Part shown: in pieces, positions 27,355-37,382 of the stretch
Layout: each line of letters starts with the position of its first letter
How positions within the stretch are numbered: the stretch's first letter is position 1
Origin: Ostreococcus lucimarinus
Taxonomy: Eukaryota
Length of the DNA stretch: 64,000 bases
NCBI GenBank assembly: GCA_000092065.1
Contig: CP000598.1
Direction: 5' to 3' (one strand)
Notes under the pieces: model-generated
The model's database searches: none
What the model was told of the DNA's origin: nothing
Seen by the model: only the letters and a program-made list of their open reading frames with translations
Position numbers and translations under genes: made by a program

Positions 27355-28270
27355 CTATCCTTCTGTCATAAAGCACACCCGGTCCGCGTCCGGGACGACG
27401 TCCTTCTCGTACTCGACGTTCGCGCAGTACATGTGTATTCGAAACAGCGCGCACCCCGTGCCGCACATGCCCGCGTGCACGTGATCGCCTCGAAAAAATA
27501 CGACGGCGCCGTTCGGCACGGGCACGAAGTCCGTTGCCTTGGTCGCGTTCATGGGTATCGGCTTCGACACGATCATCGAGATCTGCTTATGGTCGGAACA
27601 CTTTCGACCGTCGAGATCCGTGTGCCAGTCTTGGCGCTTCGTCTTGCTCTCGCCCTTCGGGGAGTGGCAATAGATGACGCTCGCGCCGCGTCGGTCGCCG
27701 CTCTCCTTCAACCCGCTCAAGAGCCACCCCTTGCGCGACGCCCGCGCGCTTCAGCGCGGCGCCGCAGTACGGATGGAACCGACGCGAGGTCTCGGGCGCT
27801 TCCCCGCGCGCGTTCACGACGTGCGTCCAGCGACTCTTCGTCCACGCCCCGCCCTTCGCTTCGCGCGCGTCGGTCGAGGGTTGGCGTCGATGATTTCTCG
27901 ACGGATCGTCTTCATCCGTGCGTCCGTGAGGCACCGCTCGAACACGGCGTAGCGCTCTTTGGACGGATCGAACATGGCCGCGCCGTGTGAGGTGCACTGT
28001 TTCCCCTTGATCTCCGCCGCGCTCGCTCCCGCCGCGCGCGCGTGTCCAGACCCACGGCGTACGCGAGACGGCGCGTCGTCGCCGCGCTCGTCGGCTTCCA
28101 CGCGTTCGGGAACCTGACGTGTTTGGGTAACCCACGAACGGCGCGCGCGGCGAGCGCCTCCAGGCGCGCGCGCCGCGCGGGAACTCTTCACCGTGCGCGC
28201 GTTTCCACTCGGCGAACACGCCGAGGGCGAGCGCGACTACGCGTCGACGGTGCGTTCCGCGAGTTCGCAC
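27355..28270 (-). pseudogene. Possible Fe(II)/2OG-dioxygenase or cupin-like gene whose reading frame changes at least twice
   Basis: Protein-like pieces lie in three frames. In order: FDPSKERYAVFERCLTDARMKTIRREIIDANP; then WTKSRWTHVVNARGEAPETSRRFHPYCGAALKRAG; then WLLSGLKESGDRRGASVIYCHSPKGESKTKRQDWHTDLDG..FFRGDHVHAG. The family call is weak. Confidence 0.25.
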
Positions 28271-28350
28271 CCGCGCCGGCGACGCCTGATCGTCTCGGCG
28301 CGCGATCGTCGCGGCATGGGACGCGTTGGAGGGCGGGGGTCGGGACGCGT

Positions 28351-28428
28351 CGCGGTTTCCCGCGCCGCGCGTCGCGCGTCGTCGGGTGCTGCGGGGACCG
28401 ACCCCGCGGTTTTGTGCGAAATGAAATC
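28351..28428. repeat. Second copy of the 801-875 GC-rich repeat
   Basis: See 801-875. Confidence 0.8.
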
Positions 28429-29262
28429 GTTCGTCTAACCGTACTGCTGCGAGTAGTCTCGGTCGTTCAAGTAAAGGTGGCGCGCCCAGTGCTGGTCGGC
28501 CGGAAACACCACGCGCGAGGGGAGGGGCGGCTGAAAATTCGGTTTCTGAGGTATTCTCGAGCGCGTGGTTGTCCCTCCCGAGCGCGCGTTTCGCCGTGGA
28601 ATCGTCCTTCGTCGAGTGCTCGTCGAAGCGTGACTCACCGTCGTCCGCTGACGTGGCGTCACGAGTCGATACGCGATTTCGCGGGTCACTCTCCCCGATT
28701 CGTGAACCGCCAAACGTAAATTAATATCTTTGCGCGCGAAAAAAGATCTTTTGACAGCTGTCAAAAAGCCGTTCGAATGCGCGAACGCTCGAATGGCGCC
28801 GCGCCAGCAGTTCGCCGCGCGCGCGACGAGGCGACGAGTCGATCGACCCGATTCATTGATTTCCAAACATCTTTGATTCGCGATAAAACGCTCGCTCGCT
28901 CGCTCGCTCGCGCCATGAGTGAACCTACGGAAACGAAAACGGCGGACCCGTTGAATTGGAAGAATGAGGAAAACGTCAAGCGCTTCGTTCGACCGAGTCG
29001 CTGGTTGTCTCTCGATATCGCGGGCTACCCGGTGCGTGACACATTTCTGTCGATCGAATTTCGCTCGCGCGTCCTGCGCGAAGCGCGCGCGTAGGACGCG
29101 TTTGGGTCGAATGCACCGCGGCCCGATTTTCGAAATTATTTCGCGCGCGATGACACCTTCGTCACGAGTATCGTCGCTTCTGGCGACGTGCGCGCGCAAA
29201 GACAACGAACTGGCAAATACAAAATCCATCATCGACTGACTCGCGAATCCCGCGCGACGTAG

Positions 29263-31488
29263 ATGTTGCGCATCAACTGGGTCTCCGCCGCGCTCGCGTC
29301 CTCCCTGCTCTGGGGCTTCATCATCTGGGTGCTCGTCGACGAGACGGGATCGTCAAGCGAAGTGACGCGTTGGACGAAGTGGATCACGAGTAACTTTACG
29401 TGGCTGTACGTCGTCACGCAGGATGTCTGGTTTATCTTCATCTTGTATCTTTTGGGTACAAAGTACAAAGACGTGAAACTCGGTCGCGACGACGAAGAAC
29501 CCGCCTTTGACTATTACGAATGGTTTTCCATGATGTTTGCGTGCGGTATCGGCGTTGGTCTGTACACTTTCAGCGTCATGGAACCCATCAGCTACTACCG
29601 CGGCGTCGTGTCAAAGCTTCCGATCGTCAACGACGATCAGCGCGCGCAGCAGGCGATCACGCTCACGCTCTTCCACTGGGGCCTTCACGGTTGGATTCCG
29701 TACGTCCTCGTCGCGATGACTTTGGGCGTCGTGTGCTACCGTCACGGACGTCCGATGACTATCCGCTCCGCGTTTTATCCGCTCTTCGGCGAAAATATCA
29801 ACGGTCTCTTCGGCGACGCGATCGACGCGTTGTCCATCGCGACGACGACGTTCGGCGTGTGCACGTCCCTCGGGCTCGGCGTCACGACGATCGCGTCTAC
29901 GATGAACCGCTTGAACAGCGATGTGGATCCAAACGATGACGCCACCAAGATCCTAATCATCTGGTTGATCACTGCCGTCGCATGTACGTCGGTCATTTTG
30001 GGTTTGAAGAACGGCATCAGAAGGCTTTCCAAGATTACGTTCTCCATCGGTCTCATCTTGCTCTTTGGAATCATCGTCGCGGACAACCCTTGGTTCTTAC
30101 TCAACTCTTTCGTGCAATCGATGGGTCATTACGTGCAATGGGTCACGCAGCTCGGCTGGGACACGGACACGTGGCCCGCGTCCGAAGCCATCATGCGCGA
30201 CACGGGCGCTTGGCACTACCTCGCTTGGGGCGCCAAGGGTGAGAGCGATGCGATCGCGCGGACGCTTTCGACGCGTGGCGCCACCGCCCTGACCGACACT
30301 GAGCTTAACACCATGTGGGGCGTGCGAACCGACGACGGTTTCATGAACACGTGGACCCTCTTCTATTGGGGGTGGTGGATTTCGTGGGCCCCGTTCGTCG
30401 GCATGTTCATCGCCAGGATCTCGCGTGGTAGAACCGTCGGTGAAGTCATCAAGGGTGCATTCATCGCGCCTATTTTGTTTGGTTTCTTTTACCTCACCGT
30501 TTTGGGCTCCCTCGGAATCAAAATGGAGCGCATCGCCGAGCTCGCGTTGACGACGGCGCCGGCGGACGTCGACTGGCGAAGCGGCGACGTCAAGTGCACC
30601 ACCCTCGGGTACGCCGCTGACGGGACGCCGACCACCGCCGGATCGATTCAGCTCGCGAAAGAGGGCTACTACGCTCTGTCGTGCCGTCCGACATCGTCGC
30701 ACATCCTTGACATCGTTGAGCCTTACGGCAAATTATCGACGCTCTTTCAAGCGATGATTCTCATCGCCATCATCCTGTACTTTATCACGTCGTCGGATTC
30801 TGGATCGTACGTCGACGACTTGATCTCCGCCATGGGCTACGAAAATCCGCCAGTGTTGCAAAAGGTTTACTGGGCGTGCACCGAAGGCGCGCTCGCGCAA
30901 GCTTTGGTGACTTCCGGCGGCTTGAAAGTGGTGCAAGGCGTCTCCATCGTCTGCGGTTTGCCGTTTACGTTTGCTCTCAACTTTATGGTCGTCTCTCTCT
31001 GGCGCGCGCTGAAGGATGAATTCAACGACGAGGCGCAACAAAAAACTCGCAAGGGGTTCAATACGTGCATGCTGGACGTCCTCGAAGGGTACGAGCCGGA
31101 AACCGCAGGCGCGAACGCGCCGGATCGCAAAACGCGCGTCGTCGCCGCATTGAAAAATTTCATCTACCCGTTCGACGCGATTCGCAAGGCGAAGATCGCC
31201 GTGGGGACGGATGAAAAATTTGCCTCCATCAACGCCGCCGTGGTCACTGGCGTGCTGTGGACTGCGATCGGTCTCCTCGCGTCCACGAAAGCCGGCGCGG
31301 GCGCGCACTCCGTGGCGTGGCTCTTCTACCTCATCTTGATTTTCTGCATCGCGAACATTCGCCGAGAAGTTCGCGCGTCCAGAAACATTCTCGGTAACAT
31401 CATGGAGGATTACACCGCCGCTGCTTTGTATCCGCTCGCGCTCGCGCAGATGGAACACGAGGCTGAATCCGACCCGAAGCTGGCGTAG
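29263..31488 (+). CDS. BCCT-family transporter (betaine/carnitine/choline type)
   Basis: ATG verified. 741-aa multi-pass protein with FHWGLHGWIPYVLVAMTLGVVCYRHGRPMTIRSAFYPLFG and the signature-like WTLFYWGWWISWAPFVGMFIARISRGRTVGEVI. Confidence 0.9.
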   Translation: MLRINWVSAALASSLLWGFIIWVLVDETGSSSEVTRWTKWITSNFTWLYVVTQDVWFIFILYLLGTKYKDVKLGRDDEEPAFDYYEWFSMMFACGIGVGLYTFSVMEPISYYRGVVSKLPIVNDDQRAQQAITLTLFHWGLHGWIPYVLVAMTLGVVCYRHGRPMTIRSAFYPLFGENINGLFGDAIDALSIATTTFGVCTSLGLGVTTIASTMNRLNSDVDPNDDATKILIIWLITAVACTSVILGLKNGIRRLSKITFSIGLILLFGIIVADNPWFLLNSFVQSMGHYVQWVTQLGWDTDTWPASEAIMRDTGAWHYLAWGAKGESDAIARTLSTRGATALTDTELNTMWGVRTDDGFMNTWTLFYWGWWISWAPFVGMFIARISRGRTVGEVIKGAFIAPILFGFFYLTVLGSLGIKMERIAELALTTAPADVDWRSGDVKCTTLGYAADGTPTTAGSIQLAKEGYYALSCRPTSSHILDIVEPYGKLSTLFQAMILIAIILYFITSSDSGSYVDDLISAMGYENPPVLQKVYWACTEGALAQALVTSGGLKVVQGVSIVCGLPFTFALNFMVVSLWRALKDEFNDEAQQKTRKGFNTCMLDVLEGYEPETAGANAPDRKTRVVAALKNFIYPFDAIRKAKIAVGTDEKFASINAAVVTGVLWTAIGLLASTKAGAGAHSVAWLFYLILIFCIANIRREVRASRNILGNIMEDYTAAALYPLALAQMEHEAESDPKLA

Positions 31489-31844
31489 TAACGTCGACGC
31501 CGTCCAAGACTTCTTTTTTCCAAACCGTCCTTTTATTAATCGAGCTCGATGACGACGAGTCGCAGACTTTTCGTTCATCAAGAGCAATCAAATCACGTTG
31601 GGTGAGCGATCACCGTTCACGGGCCCGCGAGGCCGGTGAGCTTTTACCATCGGTTGACCTGCGTCGTCGTCACCCGTACGCGTTGGAACAAATCATACGT
31701 GTTGTGCGTGTTGTCCACCGTCGCCGCTCGAACTGCATCCAGCGTCGACGGTGCTCGTTGTTGTGTTTGACTTTATTACATTTCTCTCATCGGTCCTACG
31801 TAATACTTTGGCTGACATGAATTAATTTAATAACCACAAGAAAT

Positions 31845-32471
31845 TTACTTTACGAAACCGTCGTCGTCCGCGCGCCGCGTCCGCGCGTTCGCGTCGTTCA
31901 TCTTGAAAACACCCGCGAGATACCGATAGATGAATCCAGAGTACGGTACCACCGCTCGCCGGTCTCTCGCTCGCGACGCGTCGCCGACGGCGGTGGACGT
32001 CGTGCGACGTTCTGCGTCGGGAACGCGCATGGCCTCCGACGCGCCCGGGACGTAGTTTTCGTCGCGCGTCGTCTTCGTGTCACCGCCACGTCCGACCGAT
32101 TTCTTTGACGCCTTCACCGACTTGAGGAAATGCTTTTGCGCGTGCGATCTGATTTGCGCCGCCGTCCTCGTCCCGACGTGTGTTTCGATCCGTTTCCAGT
32201 CGCGATCGTACAACTCGAGCGCGCGTAAAAACTTGTCGTGTTCGATCCTCGTCCACGGCGCGCGCGTCTTCGTTCGCACGTACGGTTTTCGCGGTTTCTT
32301 TGAACGCATCAGCGGCGCGCGCGCCGTGGTGGCTCTCGCCCGCGCGGCTTCGTTCTCGCTCGCGATTTTTCGTACGGCGGCGTCGACGAGCGCCCGCACC
32401 GAGAGCGACGACGACGACGACGGCGACGTCGTCGCGTGTTTTTCGCTGTTTGGGCGGTCGTCGTTCGTCAT
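31845..32471 (-). CDS. Single-repeat MYB transcription factor, SHAQKYF class (CCA1/RVE-like)
   Basis: ATG verified. [45 protein letters not shown]. Confidence 0.8.
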   Translation of the reverse strand: MTNDDRPNSEKHATTSPSSSSSLSVRALVDAAVRKIASENEAARARATTARAPLMRSKKPRKPYVRTKTRAPWTRIEHDKFLRALELYDRDWKRIETHVGTRTAAQIRSHAQKHFLKSVKASKKSVGRGGDTKTTRDENYVPGASEAMRVPDAERRTTSTAVGDASRARDRRAVVPYSGFIYRYLAGVFKMNDANARTRRADDDGFVK

Positions 32472-33773
32472 CGGCGACGGCGCGTCGGCGTCTGCCGCGT
32501 GACGAACTACAAACGCCCGATGAGACTCCGAGAAGACGACGACGCGCGCGGACGCGCGTCCAATCTCCAGGGCGCGTCGTCATACAACCACTTTATATAG
32601 AATAATTCGAATTATTATACTGCCTCAAAATCAATATAATGACGACACGCATACCAGTTTACCGTAGAAATGGTAATAGCCCTTTCGCCAATCGAAGCTC
32701 GCGGGTAAGGTCGGTCGATACACACACGTCACGTTTCCTCAGGCTGAGAGCGCCACGCCTTTTGACGCGAGCGATACTGCCTTGAGCCTTTCTTCACGAG
32801 TTTCACCGTAGCGCATCGCACAAGAAAACACAAAAACTCAGCCCTGCGTAGACAGACGAGGGTGGCGCCGGAGTATGACGGCGAAACGCGCCGCACGAGT
32901 TCAACGGGTTTCTCTCCAGAGCACTGGAACGGCGCGTTTTTTGTCGCGAATCCACGCAGCCCTTCTCTACCGCCGTAAAAGGTAAGTGCTTGTTGAAAAG
33001 CCGTGATTGCTTGCTGCTGCGTTGTCGCGTCAGCCGCTTCGCGCACGTATAAGCCCGCCGCGAGCCGTGAAAGTAAACGGGTACTCCGTGATGAGCGCTG
33101 TTTTTGGAAATCGGGATCCTCGTGGCTCCCAACGTTGTTAGCGAAAGGATGGAACGTGCATTCAGACCGTCGCCGTGTTCGGCTCCCGTATATTTGCCAC
33201 GCACTCGTCGTGCGTATACTTCACCTTGTAGTAGGGGTCGTTTTGCTTGCGCTGGTTCGCAACGAAACCCCGGCCGCGACCACGTCGAGCACACGATCGT
33301 TGCCGTGATAACCTGCGATGGTTGCGCGTAAAATGCGAGCAGCGCACCGCAGCGAAGGCAGCACCGCTCAACGCGTACCGGAGAAAGGTATACGAAGCGA
33401 TCGCCGCGGGCGTCGCGAGATACGTTTGGTATCCTAGTTTGAGCGGTCTATCGGCGTCGTAGAAAACTTCCGGGGCGGGGAGTATGGAGTTCATTCAGCC
33501 AATGCTTACTCGCCGTAGTCGGTTCATCTGTCGACATGCGTGCTGTGACTCAGGATGCGCGGCAGTGGCGCGTATCGTTAGACTTGCGACGGTGTGTCTC
33601 GCCAGAAATCAAAAGCACACATTTATTGAGTCGGGATGGCGTGGTGTTGTAAGTATTTACGTGGATTTAGCTCATGGCTATTAAATGCACGCCGAGGAAG
33701 TATGCCACACATACGACGCATCGTGAGTGCGACAAATCTAACATTGCTACCGCGAGAACGTTCGAGTGTGTCT

Positions 33774-34700
33774 TCAAATCAGCGCGACGCCAGGAGACCA
33801 CGGAAAGCGTCCCGCGAATCGTCGCCGAGGACACGCGTCTAAATACGTCCAAAACGATTTGAGTGATTTCACCGTTGAGCTATATGACGCGCGTTCGTTG
33901 AACGGATCCAGTGCTTGCCCCGTCGACCCGACGTCGTTTCGACACCCGTACGGATCGCGCGCGAACGCATCGCACGCTTTCGCTTCGCGCGTCGCCAGTT
34001 CGTTTTCGTTCACCGCCGCGGTACCGATGTAGGTCATATTGCTCCAGGAATACCCCATCGCGTCGAGATGAAGCTTTTCGAACCGCGCGCGCTCGACGTG
34101 AAACCCGACGACGGTGATCTTTGAAGGAAACTTTCGAGCGAGTTGAAAGAACCGACACACGCTGAATAACGCGTGCTCGAACCCGTCGTTCGCGTGTTCT
34201 TCCGTGAACGTCCTAGACTCGACCTTCGCGTCGACGCCGAACCAATCGTTCGCCCTGGCGACTTGCCAATACGAGCTCGCCCGAGTCATCACCGCGCCGG
34301 CGTCGATTGATTTTCCTCCACTGAAAACGAGCACTGCGTGTGGGTTCCTCGCTGCCTCGCGAACACCGATCTCGATGTGTTCGACCAGCGACCGTACGTA
34401 TCCTTCCGACGACGTTTGATCGCGCTCTAAAGCCCAGTCGCCCGGGTCTTCCGCGGCTTTCGCGAAATCGCTACCCAAGTAAACCGCGCGCGCGGGAACG
34501 ACGACGAGCTCGTCCACGTCCGTCACCGCGGGCACTATCTTCTTCTCCTGTGCGCTCAGTCGCATCACCGTGTGCGTGATCGCTGCTCGCGGCGCATGAT
34601 TCGTCCTCCTGAGCGCTTCTATCGTGACGCAACACACGCACAGAAGAAACCAGAGCGAACGTTCGAGGTTAAGAATCCTCGTCGCGCGCTTCGCCCACAT
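33774..34700 (-). CDS. DUF218 (YdcF/ElyC-like) domain protein
   Basis: The first ATG is at 34700 (the track start at 34730 is GTG). AVLVFSGGKS..SSYWQVARANDWFGVDAKVESRTFTEEHANDGFEHALFSV..KITVVGFHVERARF fits the DUF218 pattern. Confidence 0.55.
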   Translation of the reverse strand: MWAKRATRILNLERSLWFLLCVCCVTIEALRRTNHAPRAAITHTVMRLSAQEKKIVPAVTDVDELVVVPARAVYLGSDFAKAAEDPGDWALERDQTSSEGYVRSLVEHIEIGVREAARNPHAVLVFSGGKSIDAGAVMTRASSYWQVARANDWFGVDAKVESRTFTEEHANDGFEHALFSVCRFFQLARKFPSKITVVGFHVERARFEKLHLDAMGYSWSNMTYIGTAAVNENELATREAKACDAFARDPYGCRNDVGSTGQALDPFNERASYSSTVKSLKSFWTYLDACPRRRFAGRFPWSPGVALI

Positions 34701-34929
34701 CCGAGCGTATCGAGTGAACGCATACGTCACGCGATCGCGGACTCGCGATGCGTACGTCGACGCGTTCGGCGCCGCGACGTCGTCGACTCGTCGGCGGACG
34801 CGCGCGCGTGTCCTTCGTCGCGCGCTGTGCAGGGCCGGAGTTTTTCACGCCCTCGGCTGCGTCAAACAAAAACCCGTCCTCCGAAACACACCGGCGTCCT
34901 CACACCGCCGCGCTCGCGGCGTCGCCTCG

Positions 34930-37266
34930 ATGCGTCTGCGCGTCGCGTCGCTCTTCTCCGGCATCGGCGGTCTCGATCTCGGGCTCGAGCGCGCCGGACA
35001 CGACGTGGTGTTGCGCGTCGAGCGCGACGCGCACTGTCGCGAGTTGCTTCGACGGCAATACCCCGACGGCGCGCTCATGGACGACGTCGCCGCCGTCATG
35101 CCGCGCGATCTCGACGGCGTCGATCTGCTCGCCGCCGGGTTCCCGTGCAACGATTGCTCGTTCGAAAACGCGGCGCGACCGGGTTTGGAACACGGCCGCG
35201 ACACGCGTCTCGTGCGACACGTCTTTCGCCTGCTTCGCGAGAGACGCGTGGAGTGGGTGCTCCTGGAGAACGTCGTCGGGCTTTTGCGTTGGCACAGGCG
35301 GCGTCGTCGGAACGAGCGCCAGGGAGAGAACACGTCGCGGTCGCGCGATGCGCGTGCGCGGCCGCCGGCGATCGATCACATCGTCACCGAATTCGAAAAA
35401 CTCGGCTACCGCTGGGCGTATCGCGTGGTCGATTTGCTCGCCTTTGGCGTGCCGCACAAGCGCCGACGCGTCTTCATCGTCGCGAGCGCGCACGGCGACC
35501 CGCGAGACGTGCTTCTGAGTCAAGACTCGCAGTGTCAAGGCCGGTGCGAGACTTTCGCGGCGCACGCGCGCGTCCACCGCCGTCGGTGTTACGACTGCTT
35601 CAACGCGCCGCCGCGCGACGCCGCGACGGTCGAAGCCGTGTCCATCGACGTCGGCGAGAACAGACGACCGCCTCTGCGCGACATTTGCCAGTGCTTGACG
35701 ACGTCGAACGGGCGGCGGACGTGCGTGGTGACGCGCGCGGCGAACGACGCGCGCGAGACGTCGACGACGCGCGCGCTCGCCGTCGAGGACGCCGAACGCC
35801 TGATGGGATTCGAGCCGGGGTACACCGCGTCGTGCTACCCGATCGCCGACGCCAACGGGCGCGCGCCGATGAGTTTCAACGTCGACGCGCAAACGCGCAA
35901 ACGGTTCGCGTTGTTGGGGCTCGCGTGCGCGGTGCCTCAGAGTGCGTGGCTCGGCGAGCGCCTGCGAAACCCGTACGCCGTCAAGTTTCCGTACGCCGCG
36001 CTGTGCGCGCCGTTCCGCCGCGCGTGTCCGGGCGGGGACGACGACGACCAGGAAGGCGCGTGGCCGCTCGCAGCGTACAACGTATTCGAGCTCGACGACG
36101 CGGACGAGCCGAGATGGAAAAGCCGCCGACGCGCGCCGAAGACGCTCTCGGAATCCCCCGTCGTGCGCGCGTTCGTGCCGCTGGGTGAGTTTTTGAAGTT
36201 TCAACGTCGCGCGCGGGACGTCGATCCCGAAACTTTGCGCACGTACGCGCGGCGACTCCGCGCGAGCGGCCACGACGACGTCGACGAGCTCGTGCGTCTC
36301 GCGTTGCTCGGCGACGAGCGACGCGATGGCAAGCGTCGGCGGATCGCGGCGCCGCACGTCGGTACTACCGTTCGTCGCGCCGAATCCGTCTGGTCGTCGA
36401 GCGACGACGAACGCGATGATTCCCGAGACGACGATGCGATGCCGACGTTCGGCGCGCGCGCGTGGGTGCGGTGGCGAGGCAAACGCGGCGACGTGGCGAC
36501 GCGTTGGCCGTGTCTCGTGCTCGACGCGGGCGAAGATGGGGTGCGAGGCGTGACGACGCATCGCCACGTGGTATTTTTCGACGCCGCGCGTTCGCACGCG
36601 CGCGTCAGATCGACGGATATCGTCGGCCGATTTGGTGGAGACGACGACGACGGCGACAATATATCAGAACGCGCGGACATCGTCGGCGCGATCGAGCGCG
36701 CGAGGGTGTGGAAACGCGACGATCGAAATCACGAGTACGACCCGATCGCGTGGTCGTTTCGCGAACCGACGGCGTGTCTCGAGTGCGCAACGTGTCGCGA
36801 AGACGCGCCGCCCGCGGTGTCGACGCCCGATCGCAGTCGCGGCGGCAACGACGGTGTGTTGTCGCGAAGTCTTCGATCGAGCTTTGCGTCGGATTCAAAA
36901 ACATCATCATCATCGAAGTGTCCGCAAGCGACGGAAATAATTCCTCGCGCGCGCCTCGGGCACGTCGGCGCGACGCTCGCGTTGCGCCGCGGCGACGCCG
37001 TCGGACGAAGACTGCGCGTGTTTTGGCCCATCGAAAACGCGTTTTTCGCGGGCACGATCGCGGCGTTCGACAAACAAACGTACACGTTTCGCGTCGATTA
37101 CGACGACGGCGACGTCGAGGTGGCGTTCAAGCCGTGGATGGAGTCGGTGTGGCCGCTGAGGGGTGAAGATGAGTTCGCGACGTGTGGGGTGAAAACCCCT
37201 CGTGCGATCACACCATTCAATCAAAACACGCCAGAAATCTGCGAAGCACCAAAGACTCACTTTTAA
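34930..37266 (+). CDS. DNA (cytosine-5) methyltransferase with C-terminal PWWP-like and Tudor-like modules
   Basis: ATG at 34930 (MRLRVASLFSGIGGLDLG, motif I). Motif IV GFPCNDCS, motif VI LLENVVGLL, motif VIII PHKRRRVFIVAS, motif X-like GLACAVPQS. PWWP-like AWVRWRGKRGDVATRWPCLVLD..VVFFD. Tudor-like RVFWPIENAFFAGTIAAFD..FRVDYDDGDVE. Confidence 0.85.
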   Translation: MRLRVASLFSGIGGLDLGLERAGHDVVLRVERDAHCRELLRRQYPDGALMDDVAAVMPRDLDGVDLLAAGFPCNDCSFENAARPGLEHGRDTRLVRHVFRLLRERRVEWVLLENVVGLLRWHRRRRRNERQGENTSRSRDARARPPAIDHIVTEFEKLGYRWAYRVVDLLAFGVPHKRRRVFIVASAHGDPRDVLLSQDSQCQGRCETFAAHARVHRRRCYDCFNAPPRDAATVEAVSIDVGENRRPPLRDICQCLTTSNGRRTCVVTRAANDARETSTTRALAVEDAERLMGFEPGYTASCYPIADANGRAPMSFNVDAQTRKRFALLGLACAVPQSAWLGERLRNPYAVKFPYAALCAPFRRACPGGDDDDQEGAWPLAAYNVFELDDADEPRWKSRRRAPKTLSESPVVRAFVPLGEFLKFQRRARDVDPETLRTYARRLRASGHDDVDELVRLALLGDERRDGKRRRIAAPHVGTTVRRAESVWSSSDDERDDSRDDDAMPTFGARAWVRWRGKRGDVATRWPCLVLDAGEDGVRGVTTHRHVVFFDAARSHARVRSTDIVGRFGGDDDDGDNISERADIVGAIERARVWKRDDRNHEYDPIAWSFREPTACLECATCREDAPPAVSTPDRSRGGNDGVLSRSLRSSFASDSKTSSSSKCPQATEIIPRARLGHVGATLALRRGDAVGRRLRVFWPIENAFFAGTIAAFDKQTYTFRVDYDDGDVEVAFKPWMESVWPLRGEDEFATCGVKTPRAITPFNQNTPEICEAPKTHF

Positions 37267-37382
37267 ACGCTTTGGTTGTGGCGTATAACCAACGATGGAG
37301 GAAACTTCAACAACACGTCAACTCTGCTCGCGCGTTGTTTTCTCAAAGCGCTTTGACGAAGACTATCTCAATGCGAAACTTG

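Noticed and set aside
26284-29232. Many overlapping ORFs on both strands in the very GC-rich stretch (for example 26284..27186, 26543..27055, 27091..27990, 28042..28719, 28435..29232)
   Set aside because: High GC suppresses stop codons in all frames, and the peptides are Arg/Ala/Pro-rich with no recognisable motifs. Only the dioxygenase-like pieces looked protein-like, and those were kept at low confidence. 26543..27055 (..WFCKSCRKALDVFRDFDGELKTCRLC..) may be real, but I cannot support it.
32729-33494. Three partly overlapping minus-strand ORFs that might be exons of one gene (MNSILPAPEVFYDADRPLKLGY.., ..YYKVKYTHDECVANIREP.., ..AITAFQQALTFYGGREGLRGFATKNAPFQ..)
   Set aside because: I could not find convincing splice sites that join them in frame, nor recognise a family. 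The region is left unannotated and needs RNA-seq.
34572-36597. 538-aa (+) and 565-aa (-) ORFs overlapping the DNA methyltransferase gene
   Set aside because: These are alternative-frame and antisense ORFs in GC-rich DNA. Only the 34930..37266 frame carries the ordered C5-methyltransferase motifs.
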